Assembly: GCA_963822445.1 (NCBI GenBank)
Contig: CAWGHO010000002.1
Location: 1,536,001 to 1,600,000, forward strand
Source of the DNA: an uncultured Acidobacteriota bacterium
GTDB lineage: Bacteria > Acidobacteriota > Thermoanaerobaculia > Gp7-AA8
Direction of reading: 5' to 3'
DNA length: 64,000 nucleotides
Both the position numbers and the translations under genes were made by a program. Positions 56,619-64,000 of this stretch are shown here, piece after piece. The notes under the pieces were generated by a model. The model worked only from the letters and a program-made list of their open reading frames with translations, searched no databases and was not told where the DNA came from. How positions within the stretch are numbered: position 1 is the first letter of the stretch; each line of letters begins with the position of its first letter.

Positions 56619-57286
56619 CGCTCGACGGTATCACCGCCGTCATCTTCGATTTCGACGAGACCATCATCGATCTCGAGCCGCAGCACACCGGCGCGCACGA
56701 CGCGCTCTGCCGCGAAATGGGCTCCGACTACTCGTCCATGCCCCTGGAAATGCGAACCGCCTCCGGATCGCGGATCATCGACGACATCCGCGAGATGCGC
56801 GCGCACTTCGGGTGGAGCGAATCCGAAGAAGACCTGTTTGCGCGGCGGCAACGGCATTTCGATGAGCTCTGCGCGACCGCACCGCTCGAGCTGATGCCCG
56901 CGGTGCGGGAGACGGTGAACGAGCTGCACGCGCGCGGGTTCCGCCTGGCGATCACCTCATCCGCGGTCGCCGGTTCCATCGACGCCATCCTCGTCCGCCT
57001 CGGCCTTCGCGACCGGTTCGAGTTGATCGTCGACGGCAGTGAAGTCGTCAACGGCAAGCCCGACCCGGAAGCCTACCTGCTCACCGCGCGGAAGCTCGGC
57101 GTGCCGCCGGAGCGGTGTCTCGTGCTCGAAGACTCGCAGGTTGGCGTGCTCGCCGCGAAGCGCGCGGGCATGTTCTGCGTCGCGGTTCCGAATCCGCGGG
57201 CGCAATCGATTCAGGACCTGTCCGCGGCCGATCGCATCGTCGAGCGGATCGACGAGGTGCTCAGGTTCTTGGCGCCATCGCGCTGA
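56594..57286 (+). CDS. HAD-superfamily phosphatase (beta-PGM/CbbY-like)
   Basis: IFDFDET motif I, TSS motif II, KPDPEAY motif III, LEDS..G motif IV; start uncertain. Confidence 0.9.
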   Translation: MRAETPDPSLDGITAVIFDFDETIIDLEPQHTGAHDALCREMGSDYSSMPLEMRTASGSRIIDDIREMRAHFGWSESEEDLFARRQRHFDELCATAPLELMPAVRETVNELHARGFRLAITSSAVAGSIDAILVRLGLRDRFELIVDGSEVVNGKPDPEAYLLTARKLGVPPERCLVLEDSQVGVLAAKRAGMFCVAVPNPRAQSIQDLSAADRIVERIDEVLRFLAPSR

Positions 57287-57908
57287 GCTCAGCCACCAGG
57301 CGGATGAGATTGCGGCCATCGTCGTCAGCGGCCTGATATGTGCGGCAGAGCGTCTGGACCTCTTCTTCCTCCTCGTGCGCGGCGACGGTGAACCCATCCG
57401 CCGGCTGCGCGGGCGAGGACGTCGGAACGCGCCACCAGGAGTCGCCTTTCAAGCGATAGCTGACGAAGCCGCGCGAGCGCGATCGCCGCGCACCGCCGAG
57501 CTGCTCGAGAATCGTCGGCGTCTCGTCGCGATGATCGCCGGCGGCGTTGGCTTTCTGCGCCGCGAGGATCCGCCCGACGAACGTCGCCATCAGATCCTGC
57601 AACCGCTCGTTCGAATCGCCGACCGCCTTGGCGAAGCGCACGCCGGTGTGTGACACCGTGCTCTTGCCGTCACCGGCCTGGTCGCGCATCGCCTCGCTGC
57701 GAATCACCTCGCACACGAACTCGACGTCCGCCCCCTGCCACCGGAAGGAAAGATTGAAGACGTCTCCCGGTACCGGCGCTCCGTAATGCTCGATGAGCGC
57801 GCCGGTCATGCCGATGTCGAGCACCAGCGCGTTGCCGCCGGCGAACGTCGACAGGATCGGCTTGGTGAGCTTCAGACGCTGGAAGACGCGGCGGTCGTCG
57901 GTTGACAT
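57261..57908 (-). CDS. PilZ-domain protein with uncharacterised C-terminal domain (paralog A)
   Basis: RRVFQR (RxxxR), DIGMTGA, HTGVRF; C-terminal QP.DGFTV...E...LC..Y...D..GR.LIRL.AELS. Confidence 0.8.
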   Translation of the reverse strand: MSTDDRRVFQRLKLTKPILSTFAGGNALVLDIGMTGALIEHYGAPVPGDVFNLSFRWQGADVEFVCEVIRSEAMRDQAGDGKSTVSHTGVRFAKAVGDSNERLQDLMATFVGRILAAQKANAAGDHRDETPTILEQLGGARRSRSRGFVSYRLKGDSWWRVPTSSPAQPADGFTVAAHEEEEEVQTLCRTYQAADDDGRNLIRLVAELSAMAPRT

Positions 57909-57941
57909 CTTGTGATGGAAATATATCAGCGGGCTGGTTTT

Positions 57942-58048
57942 GGTTGCTGGGTTGCTAGGTTACTGGGTTGCTGGGTGCTCCGCCGAGACGAACGATCGCC
58001 AAACCAGCGGAGCACTCAGCAACCCAGCAACTTAGCAACCCAGCAACC
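57942..58048. repeat. Long palindrome built from tandem octamers (GGTTGCTG-type x4 / CAGCAACC-type x4)
   Basis: Left arm GGTTGCTG GGTTGCTA GGTTACTG GGTTGCTG GGTGCTCCGC; right arm GCGGAGCACT CAGCAACC CAGCAACT TAGCAACC CAGCAACC; ~23 bp loop. Confidence 0.85.
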
Positions 58049-58088
58049 CCAAGTGGTAAGCCCTTTGCTGGGGTACATCCGAACGTCC

Positions 58089-60080
58089 GTGGCATCGAAC
58101 AACCCCATCGATCGACGCAGTATGTGGCGCGTCGGGCCGGAGAGCACCTGGACGACTGTCGTCCCGGTCGTGTTCATCATCGTCTCTCTTCTTTCTCTGG
58201 TCGTCTTGCCGCTCGTCGTTTCGAACAAAACCGCCAAGATGCGCCAGGAGATCCAGCGCATCGCCGAGCCTGCGCGCCGTTCCGCGAACGAGATTCAGAC
58301 CGGCCTTTCCGGTGAGCTGGACAAGATCATCGCTTATCAGGTCACCGGTCAGGAGCAATATCGCTCGGCTTTTTACTCACTCGTTGCAAAGCAGGAGGCG
58401 AACCGCCGCGCGCTCGCCAGCCTGTTGCCGAAGCTGGACGAAGATCTCCAGCGCGAACTCGACGCGATGTTCGTGCAGAGCAGCCGCTGGCACAGCGCGG
58501 TCGTGAGCGGCGAGTTTCTGACGCGGCAATTGCCGAGCGAAGTCCTGCTGACGCGTCTGTACGAGAGCCACGCCGTCTATGAGAAGTCGCTCCACGCAGC
58601 CTCGGAGCTCGAGCTCTCCCTGCAGATCGGCATCGAGCAGCGCCTGCGCCGCATTCGTGACGCCGAGAAGGTCAACCTCTGGCTGACCATCATCCTCACC
58701 CTTCTCGCGCTCACCTCCGCGCTCCTCGTCGCCGGGCTGGGACGGCAGATGCGTCTCCTCGCGCGGGAGGCCATGGCCCGCCGCCACGAGGCGGAGCGGG
58801 AGACGAACGAAGCCACCGTCGCCCGTGAAGCGGCGGAGATCGAAGAGCGCCGCGCCGCGTTCATCGCCGCTGCCGGACAGGAGCTCGCGGCATCGCTCGA
58901 CTACGAACAGACACTGGCCACCCTCGCGCGGATCATCGTCCCCAACCTCGCCGAGATGTGCGTGATCGACATCGCCGAAGCCGACCGATCGCTGCGGCGC
59001 GCGGCCATCGCCCATCGCAATCCCGAAGATGAAACTGTGTTGCGTACGCAGATCGGCACGATGAAACGCGAGGTGCCCGAAGCGCTCGTGCGGATCATGC
59101 AGGCCGGTGATGCGACGCTGGTCGGTTCGACCTCGTCGCTCTATCAATACGTGACCGGCAACGCCGATCCCGGATCGCGAACGCTCGTGTTCCTGCCCCT
59201 GGTCAGCCGTGGTCAGACCATTGGTATCGCCGCCGCCGTCGCGCCGGAATCGCGGCCCTTCACGCGGGACGATCTCGCCCTCTTCACCGAGGTTGCGCGT
59301 CGCGCGTCGCTGGCGATCGACAATGCGCGGCTCTACCTCGAATCCCAGCAGGCCGTGCGCGCTCGCGAGGAAGTCCTGGCCATCGTTTCCCACGACCTGC
59401 GCAATCCTCTCAACGCCGTAACCCTCGGATCGTCGCTGCTGCAGATGTCGAAATCGCTGTCGGCCGACGATCGCGAACAGATCGACACCATCGGCGTTTC
59501 CGCGCGGCGCATGGCCAGGCTCATCGAAGATCTGCTCGACGTGACGCGTCTCGAGGGAGGAAAGCGGTTGCCGATCGAGCCGTCACCGGTGGAGGTGACC
59601 GATCTCCTGAACGAGGCTGAGGAGCTGTTTCGATCGCAGGCGGCGGTGGCTTCGGTGTCGATGGAGTATCAGGCCGCGGACGCATTGCCGCTCGTGCGCG
59701 CCGATCGCCACCGCGTGATGCAGGTGCTCTCCAACCTGATCGGCAACTCGATGAAGTTCACGCCGCCCGGGGGCCGCATCAACGTCCGCGCGACGGGCAA
59801 GAACGGCCACGTTCTCTTCACCGTGAGCGATACCGGCCCGGGGATCCCGAAGGAAAACCTGAGCGACATCTTCACTCCTTACTGGCAGGCGAAGCGCGCC
59901 GAGCGCCTCGGCGCGGGCCTCGGACTTCCCATCGCCAAAGGCATCGTCGAGGCTCACGGCGGGAAGATCTGGGCGGAGAGCGAGCCGGGTCGCGGGACCA
60001 CGTTCAACTTCACGCTGCCGATTGCCGAAGGTGCGCAGACCGCCGCTACGAGCGTGGCGGGATCTGAAGCACGCCGCTGA
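58089..60080 (+). CDS. Membrane sensor histidine kinase (periplasmic helical domain, GAF, HisKA, HATPase)
   Basis: Two TM helices; LAIDNARLY (GAF end), SHDLRNPL H-box, NL..N..KFT N-box, D.GPGI, G.GLGL.I; start GTG 58089 or ATG 58122. Confidence 0.93.
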   Translation: MASNNPIDRRSMWRVGPESTWTTVVPVVFIIVSLLSLVVLPLVVSNKTAKMRQEIQRIAEPARRSANEIQTGLSGELDKIIAYQVTGQEQYRSAFYSLVAKQEANRRALASLLPKLDEDLQRELDAMFVQSSRWHSAVVSGEFLTRQLPSEVLLTRLYESHAVYEKSLHAASELELSLQIGIEQRLRRIRDAEKVNLWLTIILTLLALTSALLVAGLGRQMRLLAREAMARRHEAERETNEATVAREAAEIEERRAAFIAAAGQELAASLDYEQTLATLARIIVPNLAEMCVIDIAEADRSLRRAAIAHRNPEDETVLRTQIGTMKREVPEALVRIMQAGDATLVGSTSSLYQYVTGNADPGSRTLVFLPLVSRGQTIGIAAAVAPESRPFTRDDLALFTEVARRASLAIDNARLYLESQQAVRAREEVLAIVSHDLRNPLNAVTLGSSLLQMSKSLSADDREQIDTIGVSARRMARLIEDLLDVTRLEGGKRLPIEPSPVEVTDLLNEAEELFRSQAAVASVSMEYQAADALPLVRADRHRVMQVLSNLIGNSMKFTPPGGRINVRATGKNGHVLFTVSDTGPGIPKENLSDIFTPYWQAKRAERLGAGLGLPIAKGIVEAHGGKIWAESEPGRGTTFNFTLPIAEGAQTAATSVAGSEARR

Positions 60081-60669
60081 CGCTCAGCTCCGCGAACAGG
60101 CGGATCAGGCGGCGGCCTTCTTCATCCGAGGCCTCGTACACCTCGCAGAGGCGTTGCATCTCGACGGCATCCTCGCCGCGGGCGACTGTGAATCCGGCGT
60201 CGGGCTGCTCGGGAAGGAAAACGCGCCGTTTCTGCCAGCCCTCGGCGTCGATGCGATAGCAGACGAACAACGCGTCCGCGCCGCGGATGGTCTTGTCGCC
60301 GTCCACCGACTTCCGGATCAGCAGTTTCGTGGCTGACGATTCGTGGCGTTCGCTCAGCGCCTTTTCCACGAGGCGGGCGAGCATCGCCCGCAGCTTGTCG
60401 CCGGATTCGCCGACCGCGGCTAGAAAACGGACGCCGGTTTCATCGGGACGGATGTTGCGGACGACCTCGCAGCGCATGACGATCTCTTCGCCGTCGTGAG
60501 TGAAACGCAGCTCGCTGCGCTGCGCTGCGAGAGGCTCGACGTGATGCATGCGTGCGCCGAGGACGCCGACTTCGCGGAGCATCACGGGAGTCTCGCCGAA
60601 CGTTCCGGGTAGAGGAGGATCGAGCTGAAGGCGTTGGAACTCGCGCCGCTCCTCACCGCGCTGCTGCAT
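60046..60669 (-). CDS. PilZ-domain protein with uncharacterised C-terminal domain (paralog B)
   Basis: [18 protein letters not shown]; same C-terminal domain as paralog A; TACAAT 8 nt before ATG. Confidence 0.8.
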   Translation of the reverse strand: MQQRGEERREFQRLQLDPPLPGTFGETPVMLREVGVLGARMHHVEPLAAQRSELRFTHDGEEIVMRCEVVRNIRPDETGVRFLAAVGESGDKLRAMLARLVEKALSERHESSATKLLIRKSVDGDKTIRGADALFVCYRIDAEGWQKRRVFLPEQPDAGFTVARGEDAVEMQRLCEVYEASDEEGRRLIRLFAELSVSGVLQIPPRS

Positions 60670-60691
60670 GGGGAGGGATTGTATCGCGCGT

Positions 60692-61510
60692 TCAATGCGC
60701 GCCGGGCGTCAACCGCACCGTCGCCACGTACGTGTTCTGCACGCGCTGGCGGTAGCGGGTGTGGCGGCGATTGACCTTCTCGATGTAGGCCTGGGTCTCC
60801 GGGAACGGCGGCACGCCGCCGAAGCGCTCCACGTTCGTCGGACCGGCGTTGTACGCGGCGAGGGCGATGCGCTGGTCGTCGAAGCGGTTGAGCAGGTAGC
60901 GGAAGTAGCGCGTTCCCGCGGCGATGTTCTGTTCGGGATCGAACGGATTGGCGATGCCGAGCGTGCGCGCGGTGTCGGGAACGATCTGCATCAATCCCTG
61001 CGCACTCTTGTTCGAAACGAGCTTCGGCCGGAAGTCCGACTCGGTATGGACCATGGCCGCGACGAGCTCCGGCGGCAGGTCATTCTTTCTCGCCTCGCGA
61101 TAGATGATCGCGCCGTAGGGCACGTTCGCTTTGAAGTACTGCTCCTTGAAGACGTCGAGCGAAAGCACGCGCGGCGGCTCGAGGAACTGCTCGCGCACGG
61201 CGTCGGTCGTGAAGATCGGCAACGCGGAAGCCTGCTGCTTCGGCGGTTCGGCGGCGCGACGCACGGCGGTGACCGCTCGCGACGGCCGGAGGGCATCGAG
61301 ACCGACGGTTTTGATGTTCATCGCCGACATCGGCAGGTCGAACGCGGTCACGGCGAGCGGAATGCTCACCAGGACGGCCACGCTGCGAGAGGCAATCCTT
61401 CCCGCGCGACGCCACAGGCTGGCCTCACGCTCCCGGTGATGCTGGCACGGACAGATCAGCCGGTAGTCGGCTTTGGTCTTCCATCCGGTTCGTGTGCGGT
61501 GAGCGATCAT
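60692..61510 (-). CDS. Lytic transglycosylase (SLT domain)
   Basis: V.AM..TESDF, S...AQGLMQ, FDP.QNI.AG.RY, ALAAYNAG, PPF.ET..Y. Confidence 0.92.
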   Translation of the reverse strand: MIAHRTRTGWKTKADYRLICPCQHHREREASLWRRAGRIASRSVAVLVSIPLAVTAFDLPMSAMNIKTVGLDALRPSRAVTAVRRAAEPPKQQASALPIFTTDAVREQFLEPPRVLSLDVFKEQYFKANVPYGAIIYREARKNDLPPELVAAMVHTESDFRPKLVSNKSAQGLMQIVPDTARTLGIANPFDPEQNIAAGTRYFRYLLNRFDDQRIALAAYNAGPTNVERFGGVPPFPETQAYIEKVNRRHTRYRQRVQNTYVATVRLTPGAH

Positions 61511-61604
61511 TTCGCGAGCGCTAAGGGCAAAACGCGGACCAGTTATTTGGCCTCCTCGACCAAGTTGCTGACAACGCGGGACTTTCCGTTACGCGCAAAT
61601 CAGG

Positions 61605-61620
61605 CGGCACATGGATTGCG
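61605..61620 (+). promoter_or_regulatory. Possible sigma54 -24/-12 promoter
   Basis: CGGCAC-ATGGA-TTGCG matches (T/C)GGCAC-N5-TTGC; predicted +1 near 61631, next to the GTG at 61633. Confidence 0.5.
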
Positions 61621-61632
61621 ATTGGCTGGCGC

Positions 61633-62424
61633 GTGAAACACGCCGGTTTCGTCGTCCTCATCCTCAGTCTTGTGTCGGCCGCGCACGCCCAACAGAGCAA
61701 GTCGAAGGCGCCCGATCGAACCGCGCCCACTGGTGACTGCTCGACGAAATGGGAGACCGTGAAACCCGACATCGAGTATCGCACGATTCGGTGCATCGGC
61801 GACCCCGACAAGGTCGATCTTCACCTCGTTCGCGTCGATCCGCGAAAATGGAAACTCGACACGCTCGTCAAAGGCAGCGGCACCTACGCGAAAACGGTCG
61901 CCCGGGACAAGGACGCCCCCTTCGCCGTCAACGCCAATTTCTTCGACAAGTCCCGCCAGCCCCTCGGCATCATCGTCCGGTCAGGAGAAGTCGTGCAGAA
62001 GCCGCGCGACACGAGCTGGCAGTCGATCTTCCTCGTCTCGAAGAGCGGCCGGCCCCGCATCGTGCTGCCGGAAAGCTGGAGCCAGCATCGAAGCACTGCC
62101 TGGATGGCGGTGCAGGCCGGGCCGCGACTCGTGTCCGAGGGGCATACCGTCAAGCTCAAGCCGAACTACTCCGCGCCGCGCGTCGGGGTGTGCATTCAGT
62201 GGGATCGCGACCTGATCTTCTTCGCCACGCCCACCACGCAGAAGTTTCACGTGACCGAGATGGCGAAGATCGCGCGACGGAAGGAAGACCAGGGCGGCCT
62301 GGCCTGCCGCGACGCGATGCTCTTCGACGGCGGCCATTCCGTGAATTTCTTCGTCGGCGGCGAGGAGCAGGTGTCGATCACCGGCGATCCCGTGCCGGTG
62401 TACATCTACGCCACGGAAAACTGA
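61633..62424 (+). CDS. Secreted phosphodiester glycosidase family protein (NAGPA/DUF2233-like)
   Basis: Signal peptide; AVNANFF, QAGPRLV..G, PR..V, A..FDGG.S. Confidence 0.82.
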   Translation: MKHAGFVVLILSLVSAAHAQQSKSKAPDRTAPTGDCSTKWETVKPDIEYRTIRCIGDPDKVDLHLVRVDPRKWKLDTLVKGSGTYAKTVARDKDAPFAVNANFFDKSRQPLGIIVRSGEVVQKPRDTSWQSIFLVSKSGRPRIVLPESWSQHRSTAWMAVQAGPRLVSEGHTVKLKPNYSAPRVGVCIQWDRDLIFFATPTTQKFHVTEMAKIARRKEDQGGLACRDAMLFDGGHSVNFFVGGEEQVSITGDPVPVYIYATEN

Positions 62425-62425
62425 T

Positions 62426-62526
62426 CGTACGGCGAGCGTCCCGCTCGCAACGCGCCGGGCGTTTCGCCCGGCGCTGCCGATCGGGCGCGACGCCCGATCG
62501 AGGGCGGCCGGGACGGCCGCCGTACG
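62426..62526. repeat. Composite REP-like element with four hairpins between convergent genes
   Basis: Outer CGTACGGCG/CGCCGTACG; hairpins GCGAGC-GTCCC-GCTCGC, GCGCCGGGCG-TTT-CGCCCGGCGC, CGATCGGGCG-CGA-CGCCCGATCG, GCGGCC-GGGAC-GGCCGC. Confidence 0.8.
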
Positions 62527-62527
62527 G

Positions 62528-62881
62528 CTACGCGAACAGAGGCCGGGTCTGATCGTTCAACAGCACCCAGAACGCGTAAGCGCCATACGCCGTCCCGAAC
62601 GGGAAATTCAGTAGCGACAGCCCGGCCACGATCAGGATGAGGATCCGTCCCCAGTCGCGGCGTTTGAGCAGGCCGATGCCGCCGATGATCGAAGGCAGGG
62701 CCAGGACGATGAACAGGCCGCCGACGAGCATGCCCACGGACCCGGTGACGAGCAGCGCGTCCTGCTCGCCCGAGGCGACGCCGGCGCCGGCGATGATCGC
62801 GAACAGGCCCACGCCGAGGACCGCCATGAGCGCCCCGAAGATGATCGAGAGAATGGCCACGATCTTTACATGCTGGTCCAT
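62528..62881 (-). CDS. Small membrane protein
   Basis: Three to four hydrophobic segments; GIGLLK...W.RI, FPFGT..G.Y..WVL; AAGGAG RBS. Confidence 0.8.
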   Translation of the reverse strand: MDQHVKIVAILSIIFGALMAVLGVGLFAIIAGAGVASGEQDALLVTGSVGMLVGGLFIVLALPSIIGGIGLLKRRDWGRILILIVAGLSLLNFPFGTAYGAYAFWVLLNDQTRPLFA

Positions 62882-63789
62882 GGTGGTGAAGCTCCTTCCG
62901 TTCCGGTCGTGTCGGTCGCCGTTGGCGGTTCGATGGTCGTTGTCGTCTCTGGCGGCGTCTCTTCCGTCGATGTTGTATCCGTAGTTTCAGTCACTGTTGT
63001 TTCAGTCGTTTCAGTCACAGCCGGTTCCTCGGTCGTTGTCGCGGTCTCCGTCGTCGCGGTCGTTTCCGGCTCCGGCTTCTTCTCCGTCAGCACCTGCTCC
63101 TCGGCGAGATGTCCCCAGCGCCGCATGCGCGACAGGATCATGTTCTGCCGCCAGCGCAGCCTTTTGTTCGGGTTGCCGGGATTCATGACCCGCGGATTCG
63201 GCAGGCATCCCGCGAGCAACGCCGCTTCGCGCGCGGTGAGCGATGCCGCGGACTTGCCGAAGTAGTGACGCGCCGCCGCTTCGGCGCCGTAAACGCGCTC
63301 GCCCATCTCCACCACGTTCAGATAGATCTCGAGAATGCGCTTCTTGCTGAGGTTCTTCTCGAGCGAGCGGGCGATGAAGTACTCGCGCACTTTGCGGATC
63401 GGATTCCGCGATGGTGAAAGATAGAGATTCTTTGCGAGCTGCTGGGTGATCGTCGAGCCGCCGTGGGTGACGCGCCCCCGCTTCCAGTTGCGCTCGAACG
63501 CTTCCTTCATCGCCTTCGTGTCGACGCCCTCGTGGTCGTAGAACTCGTTGTCCTCGGCGACGAGGACGCCGCGGCGCAGATTCGGCGAGATCCGCCCGTA
63601 CGAGACCCACGTCCACTTCAGCTCATCGCTCTTTCCGGCGCTGCGGAGCTGCTTTTTCCGCTGTTCCATGAACGCCGTGGTTTTCGGCCGCTCCTTGGCC
63701 AGCGCGGCGACGTCGGGGAAAGTGATGAGCTCGAAAACGATCCAGGCCGCGACGAGGCCGGCGAGGATCAGGAGGATGCGCTTGATCAC
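62866..63789 (-). CDS. mtgA: Monofunctional peptidoglycan transglycosylase with Thr/Glu-rich tail
   Basis: AED..FY.H.GVD, GGSTITQQLAKNLYL, RK..E, K.RILEIYLN, G.EAAA..YFGK, LP.P. Confidence 0.9.
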   Translation of the reverse strand: MIKRILLILAGLVAAWIVFELITFPDVAALAKERPKTTAFMEQRKKQLRSAGKSDELKWTWVSYGRISPNLRRGVLVAEDNEFYDHEGVDTKAMKEAFERNWKRGRVTHGGSTITQQLAKNLYLSPSRNPIRKVREYFIARSLEKNLSKKRILEIYLNVVEMGERVYGAEAAARHYFGKSAASLTAREAALLAGCLPNPRVMNPGNPNKRLRWRQNMILSRMRRWGHLAEEQVLTEKKPEPETTATTETATTTEEPAVTETTETTVTETTDTTSTEETPPETTTTIEPPTATDTTGTEGASPPWTSM

Positions 63790-63813
63790 CGCGCGAGCGT
63801 AAACTATCGGGCC

Positions 63814-64000
63814 ATGAAACGCCTGCTGATCGCCCTCCTGATTGTGTTTCCGGGCGCCGCGCTTGCGTTCGACGCCACGCCGGCCGCGCCGCGCGTCGGC
63901 GTGCTGCGCCAGAGCGGCGAGCTCATTCACCACGACGCTCTCGTCGCCGATTCCGTCCACCGTTTTGTGCGCGAGGAGCTGCGCGAGCGCGGCGTCGACG
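63814..64000 (+). CDS. Hypothetical secreted protein (3' truncated by window edge)
   Basis: MKRLLIALLIVFPGAALA signal peptide; frame open to the window end; TAAACT 8 nt upstream. Confidence 0.6.
   Translation, partial: MKRLLIALLIVFPGAALAFDATPAAPRVGVLRQSGELIHHDALVADSVHRFVREELRERGVD

Noticed and set aside
57912-58088. N-terminal extension of the histidine kinase, and the octamer repeats as CRISPR
   Set aside because: The extension is just translation through the palindromic repeat; the octamers have no spacers
62890-63075. Low-complexity repeats at the mtgA 3' end
   Set aside because: They encode a Thr/Glu-rich disordered tail, not a separate element

Overview
GC-rich bacterial DNA with about 50 genes. 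The gene content (Oar-type TonB-dependent receptor, two Acidobacterial VWFA-related proteins, an ELWxxDGT-repeat protein, PilZ-fusion paralogs) suggests Acidobacteriota, probably Thermoanaerobaculia; this is an inference. Recognisable modules are an ArsR-SRPBCC-DoxX operon with a clear operator, a mannose-glycan cluster (GH38, sugar ABC transporter, frameshifted GH47), an HpnR-like B12 radical SAM enzyme, a glycosyltransferase/sulfotransferase/ABC-exporter cluster, tRNA-Gln(CTG), a PilZ-kinase-PilZ locus and peptidoglycan genes (lytic transglycosylase, mtgA). The most notable signals are: (1) three degenerate copies of the tRNA-Gln 3' end that divide the DNA downstream of the tRNA into small integrase-free cassettes carrying toxin-antitoxin-like genes; (2) an 819-aa orphan protein with pore-forming-toxin-like architecture whose motifs resemble, from memory, the fern insecticidal protein IPD083/PtIP-83; (3) a coupled three-gene operon of a Gly-motif membrane protein, a KAP-like membrane NTPase and an unknown protein, a candidate defence system; (4) many genes that look leaderless; (5) three different palindromic intergenic elements. 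All family calls come from reading motifs by eye; no database searches were run.
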